Positions 42,397 through 52,566 of a DNA stretch of 64,000 bases are shown in pieces (position 1 is the stretch's first letter; every line of letters starts with the position of its first letter). Both the position numbers and the translations under genes were made by a program. Under the pieces are notes generated by a model, which saw nothing but the letters and a program-made list of their open reading frames with translations, ran no database searches and was not told where the DNA came from. The stretch is from positions 1,792,001-1,856,000 of the forward strand of contig CAWCMR010000025.1 of NCBI GenBank assembly GCA_963796685.1. Direction: 5' to 3'. This DNA comes from an uncultured delta proteobacterium. GTDB lineage: Bacteria > Myxococcota_A > Polyangia > Fen-1088.

Positions 42397-42542
42397 GTGG
42401 CAATGGCATCGTTGGTGGGACCCAAGCGTGCAACTAGCCAGTTCGGGGACATCCAAGCGTCGACAAACGCACGAGGCGTCAACCCACCAAACGAAAACGG
42501 GGCGCCGAAGCGCCCCGTTGAGATTGCAGCAAGGAGGAACGA

Positions 42543-43556
42543 CTACTTCGCGAACGTAATACCCGTAATACACATGCTGGTGACCGTGACCGCCGTGGTG
42601 TCCGAGATTGCCTCCAAGCTGACTTGATCGATGTTTGGGACGTCCGCGGCCGTGAGAAAGCCTGTGGGGGCTGAGGCGTAACAATCGGTGGCGAATTTGG
42701 TGAGGGTCATGGCGCCCGTCGCGTAGGTTTGGCAATAGGATGTCGCGGCCGTGTCAGTCTTCCTGTGAACTTGGGCGCGTACCGTGGACGAAGGCAGGCC
42801 GCTTGCCGCGATGGTGATGGTCGAGAACGATTGGCCGAGACCTCCTCCTGCAGGGTCGGTCGAGTTCACGCCAACCACGACGCCGTAGTTGGCGGTGTAG
42901 TCCGGGGGAGTTCCCAAAGCGGGAGCTGAGCCCGTTATGCAGAGCTTGTCAGTGGCTGACCACTGCGTATCGGCGGCGCAGGGGGCGGCGCTAGTAATGG
43001 GCGTCTTGGTAGCGCCACAGGTCGGATCGGTGATGGTGTCCGCCGAACCCAAGGCAACCCAGCCGTAGCCGAGCATCGCGCCTTGCGCTTTGCCGGCGCC
43101 GAAGACCACGGTGCTTCCCGTGGGCGTGCTTCCGCTGCTGGTTGTCCCACCGGCACCTGTGGTGCCACCGTTGCTCGTGGTGGTGCCGCCGCTGCTCGTG
43201 GTGGTCCCGCCGCTGCTCGTGGTGGTCCCGCCGTTACCCGTGGTGCCGCCCTTGCCGCTAGTGCCACCCTTGCCGCTGGTGCCGCCATTGCCCGTGGTGC
43301 CGCCGTCCCCGGTGGTGCCACCTTCGCCGGTGGTACCGCCCTTGCCGGTGGTGCCGCCGTTGCTGGTCGTGGTGCCGCCGTTGCCGCTGGTGGTGCCGCC
43401 GTTCCCGTTGTTGCCGCCGTCGCCATTCCCGGTGCTACCGCCGTCGCCAGGGGCGTACGTACCGCCACTCGGCGAGCAGTTGGGTGACAGGAACGCAAAC
43501 ATCACGAGTGCAGCTCCGGTCATCAGAGTCGAGAGACCACGGAATGACATTTTCAT
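42543..43556 (-). CDS. Lipoprotein with GGTT-repeat linker and CBM-like beta domain
   Basis: Signal peptide ending in Cys; (G/N)GGTT repeats; domain resembles the middle domain of 3811..5751. Confidence 0.8.
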   Translation of the reverse strand: MKMSFRGLSTLMTGAALVMFAFLSPNCSPSGGTYAPGDGGSTGNGDGGNNGNGGTTSGNGGTTTSNGGTTGKGGTTGEGGTTGDGGTTGNGGTSGKGGTSGKGGTTGNGGTTTSSGGTTTSSGGTTTSNGGTTGAGGTTSSGSTPTGSTVVFGAGKAQGAMLGYGWVALGSADTITDPTCGATKTPITSAAPCAADTQWSATDKLCITGSAPALGTPPDYTANYGVVVGVNSTDPAGGGLGQSFSTITIAASGLPSSTVRAQVHRKTDTAATSYCQTYATGAMTLTKFATDCYASAPTGFLTAADVPNIDQVSLEAISDTTAVTVTSMCITGITFAK

Positions 43557-43996
43557 GAGAACCTCGTCAGTTGGGGGGCCAGCCAAATCGGGGGCATGCT
43601 ACCAAAAGTGCACGAAAACACCAGATATAGAAGGTAGCAGCCTGCGCCGGGCAATTCTCCGGCATTCGGTTCCCGAGGGCGTCAGAAGGGAAGATCGGGT
43701 GCTCGCAGTCACACCGCGGCAGATCGCGCATGTCGGGCCGCCATCTGGTCGCGTAAGGCGCGTCGAGCAAGGTCGTCACCAGGTCGCAGGTCGTCGCCAA
43801 GCCTGCCCGCGATCCGCGCAACCGTAATTCCGCGACAAGAAGAGCGACAGCGCGGAAGGTACGCCAGCGCGGAAGGGTGGCCGATGACAATTACAACCGG
43901 TCACGACCACGACTCTCTGCGGCTATCACGGGATTACGGCGCAAACAGGGGACTTGTTGAAGCTACGCAACCGCGTATCATCGCCGCCTTCAAGCC

Positions 43997-45313
43997 ATGA
44001 ACGCAGACGTCAAGCCGAGCTACAAGAACCCCATCCTCTGGGTACCCACCAGCTACTTCGCCATGGGGACCGTCTACACCATGGTCACCACGGCCGCGAA
44101 CATCATGTTCGCGAACCTGGGGCTCTCCAACGAGCAGTCGGCCCTGTACTCCAGCTTGACCGGGTTTGCCTTCACCTTCAAGCCGCTCTGGGCGCCGCTG
44201 CTCGAGCTGGGCAAGACCAAGAAGTTCTTCGTGGTGCTCATGCAGCTCGTCCTGGCCGGGGTGTTCTTGGCGCTGGCCGCCGCGCTGAAGATGCAGGCGT
44301 TCATCGTGCCCGCGGTGGTGCTGCTGATGGTGGCCGCGTTGGCCGGCGCCACGCAAGATCTGGTGACCGACGGCGTGTACGTGACGACCCTGAGCAACAA
44401 GCACATGGCCGCTTTTTCGGGCGTGCAGAGCATGAGCTGGAGCATCGGCCCCATCGTCGCGGGCAGCGCCCTCGTGTTGCTGGTCGGCAGGCTGGCCGGC
44501 GAAACCGGCGGTGCAGTCAAGCCGCCGGTTTCGGCCTACACCTCGGCCTGGCTCGTCACCTTCATCGTGCTCGGGGTGTTGATGGTGGGCATGGCCCTGT
44601 GGCACGCTGCATTTTTGCCGCCTGGATCCAAGGCGGCGGACGCCCCCAAGACCCTGCGCGACGGCGTGGTTCTGTTCGGTCGCGTGTTCGCGACGTTCTT
44701 CCAGAAGAAGGACGTGTGGAAGCTGATCGGCTTCGCCTTCTTCTACCGCTTCGGGCTCGGCCTACTCGACAAGGTCTCGACGCTGTTCCTGCTCGATACG
44801 CGAGCCCACGGCGGGCTCGGGCTCGACAACAGCAAGCTCGGCATCCTGAACGGCATCGCCACCGCGGCCTTTATCGTCGGCTCGCTGATCGGCGGTTGGT
44901 TCGTGGCCAAGCGCGGCCTTCGGCGTTCGCTTCTCGTCCTGTGCCTGTTCCTGAACGTGCCCAACGTGACTTTTCTGTACCTGGGCTGGTTCCAGCCCGA
45001 AAGCGTCTACATCATCGGCTTCATCTTCTGCATCGAGAAGCTGGGCTGGGGCATCGGCGCCGTGGGGCACATGGTGTACATGATGCAGCAGATCGCGCCA
45101 GGGCCGTACCGCATGGCGCACTACGCGTTCGCAACCGGCTTCGGCCTCAGCTTGTGCATGACGGTGACGGGCGCGGTCAGCGGCTACATTCAACAAGCCG
45201 TCGGCTACCAGGTCTATTTCATCATCGTGCTGCTCGCGGCGTCGCCCTCGATTCTGTTCACGGTCCTGGCGCCCTTCCACCACGGCGACGCGTTGACAGA
45301 GGCGGCAGCCTAG
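43997..45313 (+). CDS. AmpG-like MFS transporter
   Basis: WVPTSYFAMG, KPLWAP, ATQDLVTDG, AHYAFATG; about 12 TM segments. Confidence 0.85.
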   Translation: MNADVKPSYKNPILWVPTSYFAMGTVYTMVTTAANIMFANLGLSNEQSALYSSLTGFAFTFKPLWAPLLELGKTKKFFVVLMQLVLAGVFLALAAALKMQAFIVPAVVLLMVAALAGATQDLVTDGVYVTTLSNKHMAAFSGVQSMSWSIGPIVAGSALVLLVGRLAGETGGAVKPPVSAYTSAWLVTFIVLGVLMVGMALWHAAFLPPGSKAADAPKTLRDGVVLFGRVFATFFQKKDVWKLIGFAFFYRFGLGLLDKVSTLFLLDTRAHGGLGLDNSKLGILNGIATAAFIVGSLIGGWFVAKRGLRRSLLVLCLFLNVPNVTFLYLGWFQPESVYIIGFIFCIEKLGWGIGAVGHMVYMMQQIAPGPYRMAHYAFATGFGLSLCMTVTGAVSGYIQQAVGYQVYFIIVLLAASPSILFTVLAPFHHGDALTEAAA

Positions 45314-45340
45314 TGGGGCGGGTTTGAAACCCGCCCCTAC
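45313..45340 (-). repeat. GTAG-type REP element
   Basis: Minus strand GTAGGGGCGGGTTTCAAACCCGCCCCAC: GTAG tetranucleotide plus perfect palindrome. Confidence 0.75.
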
Positions 45341-45372
45341 CCCGACATTGAAGTGCGCTATATAGGAGGGCA

Positions 45373-46197
45373 ATGACCCTCGCTGAAAAGCATGCACGTT
45401 TACGCGGACTGATCGCGGACTGCGGTTCGGCCCTGGTCTGCTACTCGGGCGGCGTCGATTCGACCCTGCTGCTCAAGGTCGCGCACGAGGTGCTCGGCCC
45501 GCGTTGCGTCGCCATGGTGGCGCTTTCCCCGACCATGGCCGCCAGCGAGCGCAAGGCGGCGCTGGAGCTGGCCGCGCAGATCGGCGCTCGCACCGAGGTG
45601 ACCGAATCGCACGAGCTGTCGCGTGACGAATTCCGCATGAATCCCAAGGATCGCTGCTACTACTGCAAAGACGAGCTGCTCGACCTCGCCAAGCCGCTGG
45701 CCGATCGTCTGGGAATGAACGAGATCTTGCTCGGCACCAACACCGACGATCTCGGCGACTACCGGCCCGGCCTGCAGGCCGCCAAGGATCATGGTGCGCG
45801 CCAGCCCCTGGTGGACGCCTTGATGTCCAAGGCCGAGGTGCGCGAGCTATCGAAGGAGCTGGGGCTCTCGACCTGGGACAAGCCGCAGCTGGCCTGCCTG
45901 TCGTCGCGTTTTCCCTACGGCACCGAGATCACCCCCGAGCGGTTGCGGCAGGTCGATCAACTGGAAGATGGGATGCGCAGCCTGGGTTTTCGCCAGGTGC
46001 GCGCGCGCTGGCATGGCGAGATCGCGCGTCTCGAGCTGGAACAGGGCGCACTGGCCCGTGCCGTCGAGCCGGAGATTCGCGGCGCCATCTTGAAGCTGGG
46101 GCGTGAGCTCGGCTTCACCTTCGTCGCGTTGGACCTGGCCGGCTTCTCGTCGGGCTCGCTCAACCAGCTGCTCGGCATCCGAAGAAAGCCGCAGTAG
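45373..46197 (+). CDS. larE: LarE-family ATP-dependent sulfur transferase
   Basis: SGGVDS PP-loop, RCYYCK, DDLGDYRPG, CLSSRFPYG, SGSLN. Confidence 0.9.
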   Translation: MTLAEKHARLRGLIADCGSALVCYSGGVDSTLLLKVAHEVLGPRCVAMVALSPTMAASERKAALELAAQIGARTEVTESHELSRDEFRMNPKDRCYYCKDELLDLAKPLADRLGMNEILLGTNTDDLGDYRPGLQAAKDHGARQPLVDALMSKAEVRELSKELGLSTWDKPQLACLSSRFPYGTEITPERLRQVDQLEDGMRSLGFRQVRARWHGEIARLELEQGALARAVEPEIRGAILKLGRELGFTFVALDLAGFSSGSLNQLLGIRRKPQ

Positions 46198-46218
46198 TCG
46201 CGCCAGGTCGGGTGATCG

Positions 46219-47124
46219 TCAGGGCTGCGCCAGGAAGATCCGATCGACTTCGATGGTCGCGCCGAAGGTGCCAAGGGCGGCGGTGCCCTCGGCCAGCGGG
46301 TCGCTGTCGACCACCGAGTAGATCAACTTTCCGTCGAGAAACGCATTCGCCGTGTTGCCCAGGACCTCCAGTCTGACCACATGCCAGACGCCCGGCAGGA
46401 TGCCCGCGTCGATACCGGAGGCCCAGGATGCATTCTTGCCTTGCACCCGCTTGCGGATGATGACGGATCCGTCCCCGCGCAACGCCACGAAGTAGCCGCT
46501 GTCGCTGTTCGGGTCGTAGCGGGCGAACAGGGCAGCCATGTAGGACGGCGTGGTGTCGTAGAACGCGACGACGCGCATCTTGGCCTCGACGATTTGATCC
46601 GCGACCGCGTCCGAGGCGGCGTGGGTGAGGTGCCACTCGTCGTTGTCCAGGCTGACCTCGGAATAGACCGCTCCGATGTCGCCGATGAACACCGACCAAT
46701 CCGAGTCGGGTGCTCCCGCATCGTTGCGATCCGCGGTCAGCCAATCACCGGCTACGCCCTGCTCGAAATCGTCGGAAAACAGATATCCGCCGTCGGGCAC
46801 GGGAGTCGGCCCCGCCGCCTCGCTCGCCGGTGCGTCGAGCGCCTCGTCCGCCGATCCGTCGACGGACACCTCGCCTTGGCCGATGGACGCATCCTCGTCC
46901 ATGTCCGCAGAGCCATCCTCCCCTGCCGCACCTTCGGACTCGGCGTCGGGCGAGGTCGCCTCCTGCCCGGCCGGCGCATCGGCAACGGCCATGGGATCGT
47001 TCGGCCGATCCGACTTGCCGGCATCGCAAAACGTGCAAGGGGAATGGCCGGAGCTCGAACACCCGGCACCGATCACGAGCGGAGCCAGCATGGCGAGCCT
47101 GGCGATTGCGCGGGAGATGAGCAT
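46219..47124 (-). CDS. Lipoprotein with acidic linker and ConA/DUF1080-like domain
   Basis: Lipobox GAGC; FSDDFE, ARY....YFV, WHVVRLEV.G, DGK.I, D.I. Confidence 0.7.
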   Translation of the reverse strand: MLISRAIARLAMLAPLVIGAGCSSSGHSPCTFCDAGKSDRPNDPMAVADAPAGQEATSPDAESEGAAGEDGSADMDEDASIGQGEVSVDGSADEALDAPASEAAGPTPVPDGGYLFSDDFEQGVAGDWLTADRNDAGAPDSDWSVFIGDIGAVYSEVSLDNDEWHLTHAASDAVADQIVEAKMRVVAFYDTTPSYMAALFARYDPNSDSGYFVALRGDGSVIIRKRVQGKNASWASGIDAGILPGVWHVVRLEVLGNTANAFLDGKLIYSVVDSDPLAEGTAALGTFGATIEVDRIFLAQP

Positions 47125-47217
47125 GGAACGCCTGGACGGCAACTATAATCCATCCGCTCCGAAAAGCGCCGTCAAGTGAAGCATTGCTTCGGCAGGGCCT
47201 TGGGCTAAGGTCTTTGC

Positions 47218-47682
47218 GTGAGCGAGCCATTGGTTCCGGTCAAGAAGTCCGCCTTGCTGCGCGGGATCGCGCCGGCCGCGGTCTACGCCGTGGTCGTGGA
47301 TTTCGCCGCCTATCCGCGCCTGTTTCCCGAGATCAAGGCCGCGCGCGTGCTCTCCACCGAGGGCAAACGCGTGCGCGCGGAGTTCCGCGGCAACATCGTG
47401 CTGCCCTTTCGCTACGTGCTCGATCTCGACTGCGACGCCGACGCCCTGACGGTGGAGTGGCGCTACGTCGAGGGCGAGGTGGTCAAGAATTCCGAGGGCG
47501 GGTGGCGCTTCGCGCCCGAAGGCGAGGGCACGCAGGTGGAGTATCGCGTCGCCATGGAGATCTCGGCCCCGCTGCCGGGGTTTCTCCTGCGCAAGATCAC
47601 CGACGGCCTGGTGGCCTTGTCGCTGCCGGCCATGTTCGCGTCCGTCGAGCGCGAGGCCAAGGCTCGCGCCACGGGCCAATAG
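47218..47682 (+). CDS. SRPBCC/polyketide cyclase (RatA/Coq10-like) protein
   Basis: VYAVVVDFAAYPRLFP, GGWRF, TQVEY. Confidence 0.85.
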   Translation: MSEPLVPVKKSALLRGIAPAAVYAVVVDFAAYPRLFPEIKAARVLSTEGKRVRAEFRGNIVLPFRYVLDLDCDADALTVEWRYVEGEVVKNSEGGWRFAPEGEGTQVEYRVAMEISAPLPGFLLRKITDGLVALSLPAMFASVEREAKARATGQ

Positions 47683-47683
47683 C

Positions 47684-49321
47684 CTACGGGTGAAATACCA
47701 GCGTGCTCACGCTGCGGGCGGGCATGGTGTAGCTGAAGGCGTTGGTGTCGACGGCGGCAAGGGCCGCTCCCTGGACGGGCGACGTCGCGGCGGCGGTCAA
47801 CGTGTAGACATCCGCCGCGGTCAACTGCGTGGTGTGGGTGAGCTTGATGCCCGCGACTTGCTCTTTCGTGAGCTTGTTGATGGCCACCACGACGATGTTG
47901 GTCGGATCCTGCGAGGACACACTGGCGAAGACCGAGCTTGCGTCCGCGTCCGAGGTCGCCGCGGAGATGGACGTATCGCCGAAGGTCGCGCCGTTCCCGT
48001 CGTAGTTGCGGTACATGGCGAAGCCTGCGTAGATGAACGTATTGCTCGAGCTCATGGGCCACATGGAAGCGGCGAACAACCCCTCGCGTCCGTAGACGCC
48101 GAGCACGTCGGCCTGCGCGATCCCGCCCGAGATGTCGCCGCCGGCGCCGTAGTTGTACTCGCTGATCGACAGCTTGGTGCCGGGGTAGTGCTGGTCGATC
48201 TTGGCTTGCAGGCGCGGGATCAGGTAGATGGGGCCGTTCGTGCTCCATTGCGTGATCCAACTGGTCTCGGTATACGTCGTGTCCCACAGCGAACGCGGTG
48301 CCTGCAAACGGGCCTCGACCTCGCCAGTGGTGACGCCGTTGTCGACGATGCGCGTGCCGTCGCCTTGGGCCTCGGGGTACCAGTGTACGTCGAGCACATC
48401 GAGCAGGCGCTTACCCGCACTTGCCTCGGCGGCCTTCATGGAATCCAGATAGAATTCGAGAAAATCGCGGCCGCCAGCGTCGGGCGCGCTCTGCAGGTCG
48501 ACCATGCCCTGCCAGCCGTAGTTGACGGGGCCGAAGACCAGCGCCTTGGGCGCGGCACCCTTGATGCCCGTGGCGAAGTCCACGCTCGACTTCACGATCT
48601 CGGCGTAGGTGACCGGGGAGGGATGCATCTCGCTGTGTGTGCTCGACCATAGGTCGGGTTCGTTATCGAGCATGTAGAAGATGCGGCGGGCGGGATCGGT
48701 CTGCGCGCCGGGAAACTGCGATTCCATGTAGGCCACGAATTCGTCCGCGTAGACCTTTCCATCGCCGAGGTCGGGCGGATAGGAGAAGGCGCCGCCTTTC
48801 GTGGGCAGAATGGGGAAGAAACGCTCGGCGATCTGGGCGGCGGTGGGGGCCGACGGGCAGGAGCCCTTTTCGTCGGCGGACACCCAGCCCGCCATGGGCA
48901 CGGTCATGATGATGCTGGCTCCGGCGCTGCTGGCGGTTTGCGCGGCCTGCTTCATGGGCAGGCCGGGGGTGCTGCTCGAGCTCATGTAGTTGTCGCTGGA
49001 GTACTGCCAGTCCGAGCCCGCATTGGACGCGTTGGTCTCCCAGTTGTAGGCGGACAAGCGGTTGCCGCCCACGCGGGTCAGGGTCAGTCCTTTGGCTCCC
49101 GCGGGCAAGTTGCTGTCGTTCGTGCCGTAGATGTAGGGCGAGATGGGGTGTGCACCGGTGGTGCTGTCGATGGTGAGCACCACATCTGGGGTGCCCGGGT
49201 TGCCGGGCGGAACGACGGGACCTGAGCCACCGCTGTCGCTGCCCGTGTCGGCACGGTCCGAGGCGCAGCCCAGCATGGCGATTGCAATCGATGGAAGAAG
49301 GAGACGGCGTCGGTCGAGCAT
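47684..49321 (-). CDS. GH44 endoglucanase/xyloglucanase lipoprotein
   Basis: ISPYIYG, GGNR.SAYNWETNASNAGSDW, LDNEPDLW, DVHWYPE, ISEYNYG. Confidence 0.92.
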   Translation of the reverse strand: MLDRRRLLLPSIAIAMLGCASDRADTGSDSGGSGPVVPPGNPGTPDVVLTIDSTTGAHPISPYIYGTNDSNLPAGAKGLTLTRVGGNRLSAYNWETNASNAGSDWQYSSDNYMSSSSTPGLPMKQAAQTASSAGASIIMTVPMAGWVSADEKGSCPSAPTAAQIAERFFPILPTKGGAFSYPPDLGDGKVYADEFVAYMESQFPGAQTDPARRIFYMLDNEPDLWSSTHSEMHPSPVTYAEIVKSSVDFATGIKGAAPKALVFGPVNYGWQGMVDLQSAPDAGGRDFLEFYLDSMKAAEASAGKRLLDVLDVHWYPEAQGDGTRIVDNGVTTGEVEARLQAPRSLWDTTYTETSWITQWSTNGPIYLIPRLQAKIDQHYPGTKLSISEYNYGAGGDISGGIAQADVLGVYGREGLFAASMWPMSSSNTFIYAGFAMYRNYDGNGATFGDTSISAATSDADASSVFASVSSQDPTNIVVVAINKLTKEQVAGIKLTHTTQLTAADVYTLTAAATSPVQGAALAAVDTNAFSYTMPARSVSTLVFHP

Positions 49322-49446
49322 GGGGTGCTCCAAAGGGTGGAAGATGAACCACCATCGTAACACGCCCTGGCGCGTGTTCGGGAATCGGGCACTCGAGAAT
49401 AGGTTTGGCCGCGGGCTCGGCCCAGTCCTTGCAGCACGTGGGCGAT

Positions 49447-51036
49447 GTGGCCGACGTAAAGAAGACCCTACTTCGGAGGTTCGGACAGATTCGCGCGGTT
49501 ATTGGCAGGCCCGATCCTGTGCTGTTGGCAGCCATGGGCATCGGGCTGCTCCTGCGCGCGTGGCAGTTCGGGGCGCTCCCGCCGGGCTTGAACCAGGACG
49601 AAGCCTCGACGGCCTACGATGCGTTCTCGCTCATTCACTACGGCGTCGACCGCCATGGGTTTCACTTCCCCGTGGTGTTGGTGTCGTGGGGCTCGGGGAT
49701 GTACGCGCTTGCGTCGTATGTCGAGGCGCCGTTCATCTGGCTGCTCGGGCTCAAAGTCTGGGCGGTGCGGGTCCCGTTCCTGCTCGCTGGGGTGAGCGCG
49801 ATTCCACTCTTTTATGGGCTCTTGCGAGACACCACCGATCGCCAGACGGCCAGGATTGGCGGGGTTCTCTTGGCGCTCAGCCCGTGGCACGTGATGGTTT
49901 CGCGTTGGGGGTTGGATTGCAACCTGTTTCCATTCGTCTTTCTGGTGGCCACGCTCCTGCTCGTGCGCTCGATCGTGCGTCCCGGATGGCTCTTGGGCGC
50001 CGCCATCCTGTATGCATCGGCCCTCTACGCCTATGGCACCGCCTACGTGGTGGTGCCCATCTTCATCGCGATCGTGCTGGTGCACGGCCTGCGCCACCGT
50101 CTGTGGCCCATGCGGAGCGTTCTTGCGGCAGGCGCGGTGTTCGCGGTGCTGGCCGTTCCCATCGGGCTCTATGTGGCGGTGAACAGCCTGGGTTGGAAGT
50201 CGATAGAAACGTCCTTGTTCAGCGTCCCACACCTGACCGGGGTGCCCAGGTTCCGGACCATGGGCAATCTCGACGTCTGGTCGGCCGAATTCTTCCGCCG
50301 TGCAGCCGACAATTGGAGCCATGCCGCCGAGCTGTTTCAACGGCAGGACGACGGCTTGATCTGGAATACCCTGCCGGACTACGGGATCGCGTATTGGTTT
50401 TCACCTTTCCTGGCCGTGGCTGGTTTGGCGTTGCTGATGGGCATGAACGTTCGTCGCCCCCGTCACGCCTCCTTCCCGCTGCTGGCCTGGTGCGCGGCCG
50501 CCGTGGTGTTGATGGCCTTCGTGGAGGTGAACGCGAACCGCGCCAACATTGCCATGTTTCCTTTCGTCTACTGTGTAGCCATCGCGGGCTCGCTCTTGTG
50601 GAACCATCGCCCGCTCAGGATTCTTGGCTGCATCCTGGTCTTGATCTCGTCGATAGGCTTCGCGTCTACCTATTTCGGATCCTATCGCAAGAAGGCGGCT
50701 GAGCCTTTCTTCGCCTCTTTTGGCGAGGCCATCGGCTACGCCACTGCGCAAACCAAGGGCGAAGTGTGCATTACCGACACCGTCAACATGCCTTACATCT
50801 TCGTGCTCTTCTATACCCGGGAAGATCCTCGCGTCTTTGCCCAGACCGTTCGCTACGAGAACCCGGGGGCAGAGTTCGAAGGGGTGTCGTCCTTCGGTCG
50901 ATTCAAGTTCGGGTTGCGGACCTGCGCCGAATCGGCGCCGGTCATCATCGCCGCGCACGCGGAAGTCGAAAAGCTGGATGCGAACAAGTTCACCCTGAAG
51001 AAGTTCGAGCGCTACACGGTCCTGTCAAGGCTCTAG
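49447..51036 (+). CDS. ArnT/PMT-like GT-C membrane glycosyltransferase (start uncertain)
   Basis: PPGLNQDEASTAYDA, SPWHVMVSRW; many TM segments. Confidence 0.8.
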   Translation: MADVKKTLLRRFGQIRAVIGRPDPVLLAAMGIGLLLRAWQFGALPPGLNQDEASTAYDAFSLIHYGVDRHGFHFPVVLVSWGSGMYALASYVEAPFIWLLGLKVWAVRVPFLLAGVSAIPLFYGLLRDTTDRQTARIGGVLLALSPWHVMVSRWGLDCNLFPFVFLVATLLLVRSIVRPGWLLGAAILYASALYAYGTAYVVVPIFIAIVLVHGLRHRLWPMRSVLAAGAVFAVLAVPIGLYVAVNSLGWKSIETSLFSVPHLTGVPRFRTMGNLDVWSAEFFRRAADNWSHAAELFQRQDDGLIWNTLPDYGIAYWFSPFLAVAGLALLMGMNVRRPRHASFPLLAWCAAAVVLMAFVEVNANRANIAMFPFVYCVAIAGSLLWNHRPLRILGCILVLISSIGFASTYFGSYRKKAAEPFFASFGEAIGYATAQTKGEVCITDTVNMPYIFVLFYTREDPRVFAQTVRYENPGAEFEGVSSFGRFKFGLRTCAESAPVIIAAHAEVEKLDANKFTLKKFERYTVLSRL

Positions 51037-51042
51037 CAGCCC

Positions 51043-51111
51043 CCACTCGCCGTTCCGATTGGGTGCGAGCCTCCATCGCGGAAAGGTGTCTCTTCCTGCC
51101 GCCTTCCGCGA
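51043..51111 (+). repeat. 69-bp dispersed structured repeat, copy 2
   Basis: Matches 10494..10562. Confidence 0.85.
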
Positions 51112-51239
51112 GAGCGCGCCGGAACCATGACATGAATGGCACGGTTGTCGACGCGATGTCGCGATGGCGCCTGCAACCGCATCCTGGTTCGTGAAGGGAG
51201 GCTTGGCCCGGGTTGTGCAAGGTCCAAGGACGAGACCAG

Positions 51240-52550
51240 ATGCGCAACCTCACCATACCCAGGGACGGCAGGGGCACGAACGGAGCTCTTGTCGCGTATC
51301 TCCATCGCCAAGCGCGCAAGCACGGCCGGGCGATCTTTCTGGTCGCCGTGGGCGTGGCGCTCACCATCGCCATTCGCGTGCAGCTCTTCGGTTTTCACAG
51401 CGGCGATTTGGACAACTTCGGCCTGGTCTGGTGCAAGAACCTCAAGCAGCTCGGATTGGGCCAGGCGCTGAAGGGCGGAAACGTCGACTACAATCCCACG
51501 TACATCTACCTGCTTTGGCTGATCACCAAGCTTCCCTTCAGCGATATCGTCCTCATCAAGCTCAGCTCCGTGGTGTGTGACTATGTTTGTGCGGCGACCG
51601 TTGCCTTCATCGTCTATCACGTCCACGGCAGCAAGCTCAGGGCCAGCGTTGCCGGGTTTGCGCTTCTGTGCACGCCAACCGTGGTCTTCAACAGCGCGCT
51701 CTGGGGCCAATGCGACATGGTCTTTGCGCTGCCATTGGTCGTGGCTTTGGCAGCGGCCATCCGTAAGCATTACTACCTGACGACAGCGCTCTTTGGTTTG
51801 GCACTTGCAATCAAATTGCAGGCCGTCTTTCTGTTCCCATTGCTCGGGGTTTGGGTCTTGCGCAAAGAGATGCCTTGGCGCCCCTTGCTCCTCATCCCTG
51901 TGATCTTTTTCGCGTCTCTGGTGCCGGCGTGGCTCGTTGGGTGCTCGCTGGCCGATCTCCTGATGATCTATCCGAAACAGACCGAGAACTACACGTCCCT
52001 GACCATGAATGCGCCGTCCATTTTCAACTTGCTGCCCGACAGCGGCCGTTGGTTCGGCCCGTTCGGATTGTGGTTCGCATTTTCCGCGACCTTCATGGCG
52101 GCGGTTGCTTGTCTTTATGCCAAGACGCGCACGACGGCGATCCTGACCATCGAAAAGGCGATGATGTTCGCCTGCCTGGTTCCCTTCTTGCTGCCCCGCA
52201 TGCACGAGCGCTACATGTTTCTTGGCGACGTGCTTGGAGTTCTGTATGCCTTCCTGCGGCCCAAGCATTTTTGGGTCGCACTCCTGGTCGTTGGTGCCTC
52301 GTTTGCCAGCTACTTTTCCTTCCTCTTCAGCTCCGTGCCGGTTCCACACAGTATTGCGTCGCTCATGTTGGGCCTGGCCAGCGTCTTTCTCGTGTTTGAC
52401 TTGTTACGTTCTTTCTACCCAATGGCATTCGCCGAAAGGAAGGAGCAATCGGGTAAGGTCGACGCTCAGGAAGCTCCGATCGAAGCTCCGATCGATGCGC
52501 GGAATGCCGCGCGGCCAAGGCTTCTGGTCCAACCTAGGCGGCCGAGGTAG
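51240..52550 (+). CDS. GT-C (GT87/GPI-mannosyltransferase-like) membrane protein
   Basis: DYNPTYIY, NSALWGQCD, KLQA, MHERY. Confidence 0.8.
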   Translation: MRNLTIPRDGRGTNGALVAYLHRQARKHGRAIFLVAVGVALTIAIRVQLFGFHSGDLDNFGLVWCKNLKQLGLGQALKGGNVDYNPTYIYLLWLITKLPFSDIVLIKLSSVVCDYVCAATVAFIVYHVHGSKLRASVAGFALLCTPTVVFNSALWGQCDMVFALPLVVALAAAIRKHYYLTTALFGLALAIKLQAVFLFPLLGVWVLRKEMPWRPLLLIPVIFFASLVPAWLVGCSLADLLMIYPKQTENYTSLTMNAPSIFNLLPDSGRWFGPFGLWFAFSATFMAAVACLYAKTRTTAILTIEKAMMFACLVPFLLPRMHERYMFLGDVLGVLYAFLRPKHFWVALLVVGASFASYFSFLFSSVPVPHSIASLMLGLASVFLVFDLLRSFYPMAFAERKEQSGKVDAQEAPIEAPIDARNAARPRLLVQPRRPR

Positions 52551-52566
52551 AGTATCCGTGCCGACG

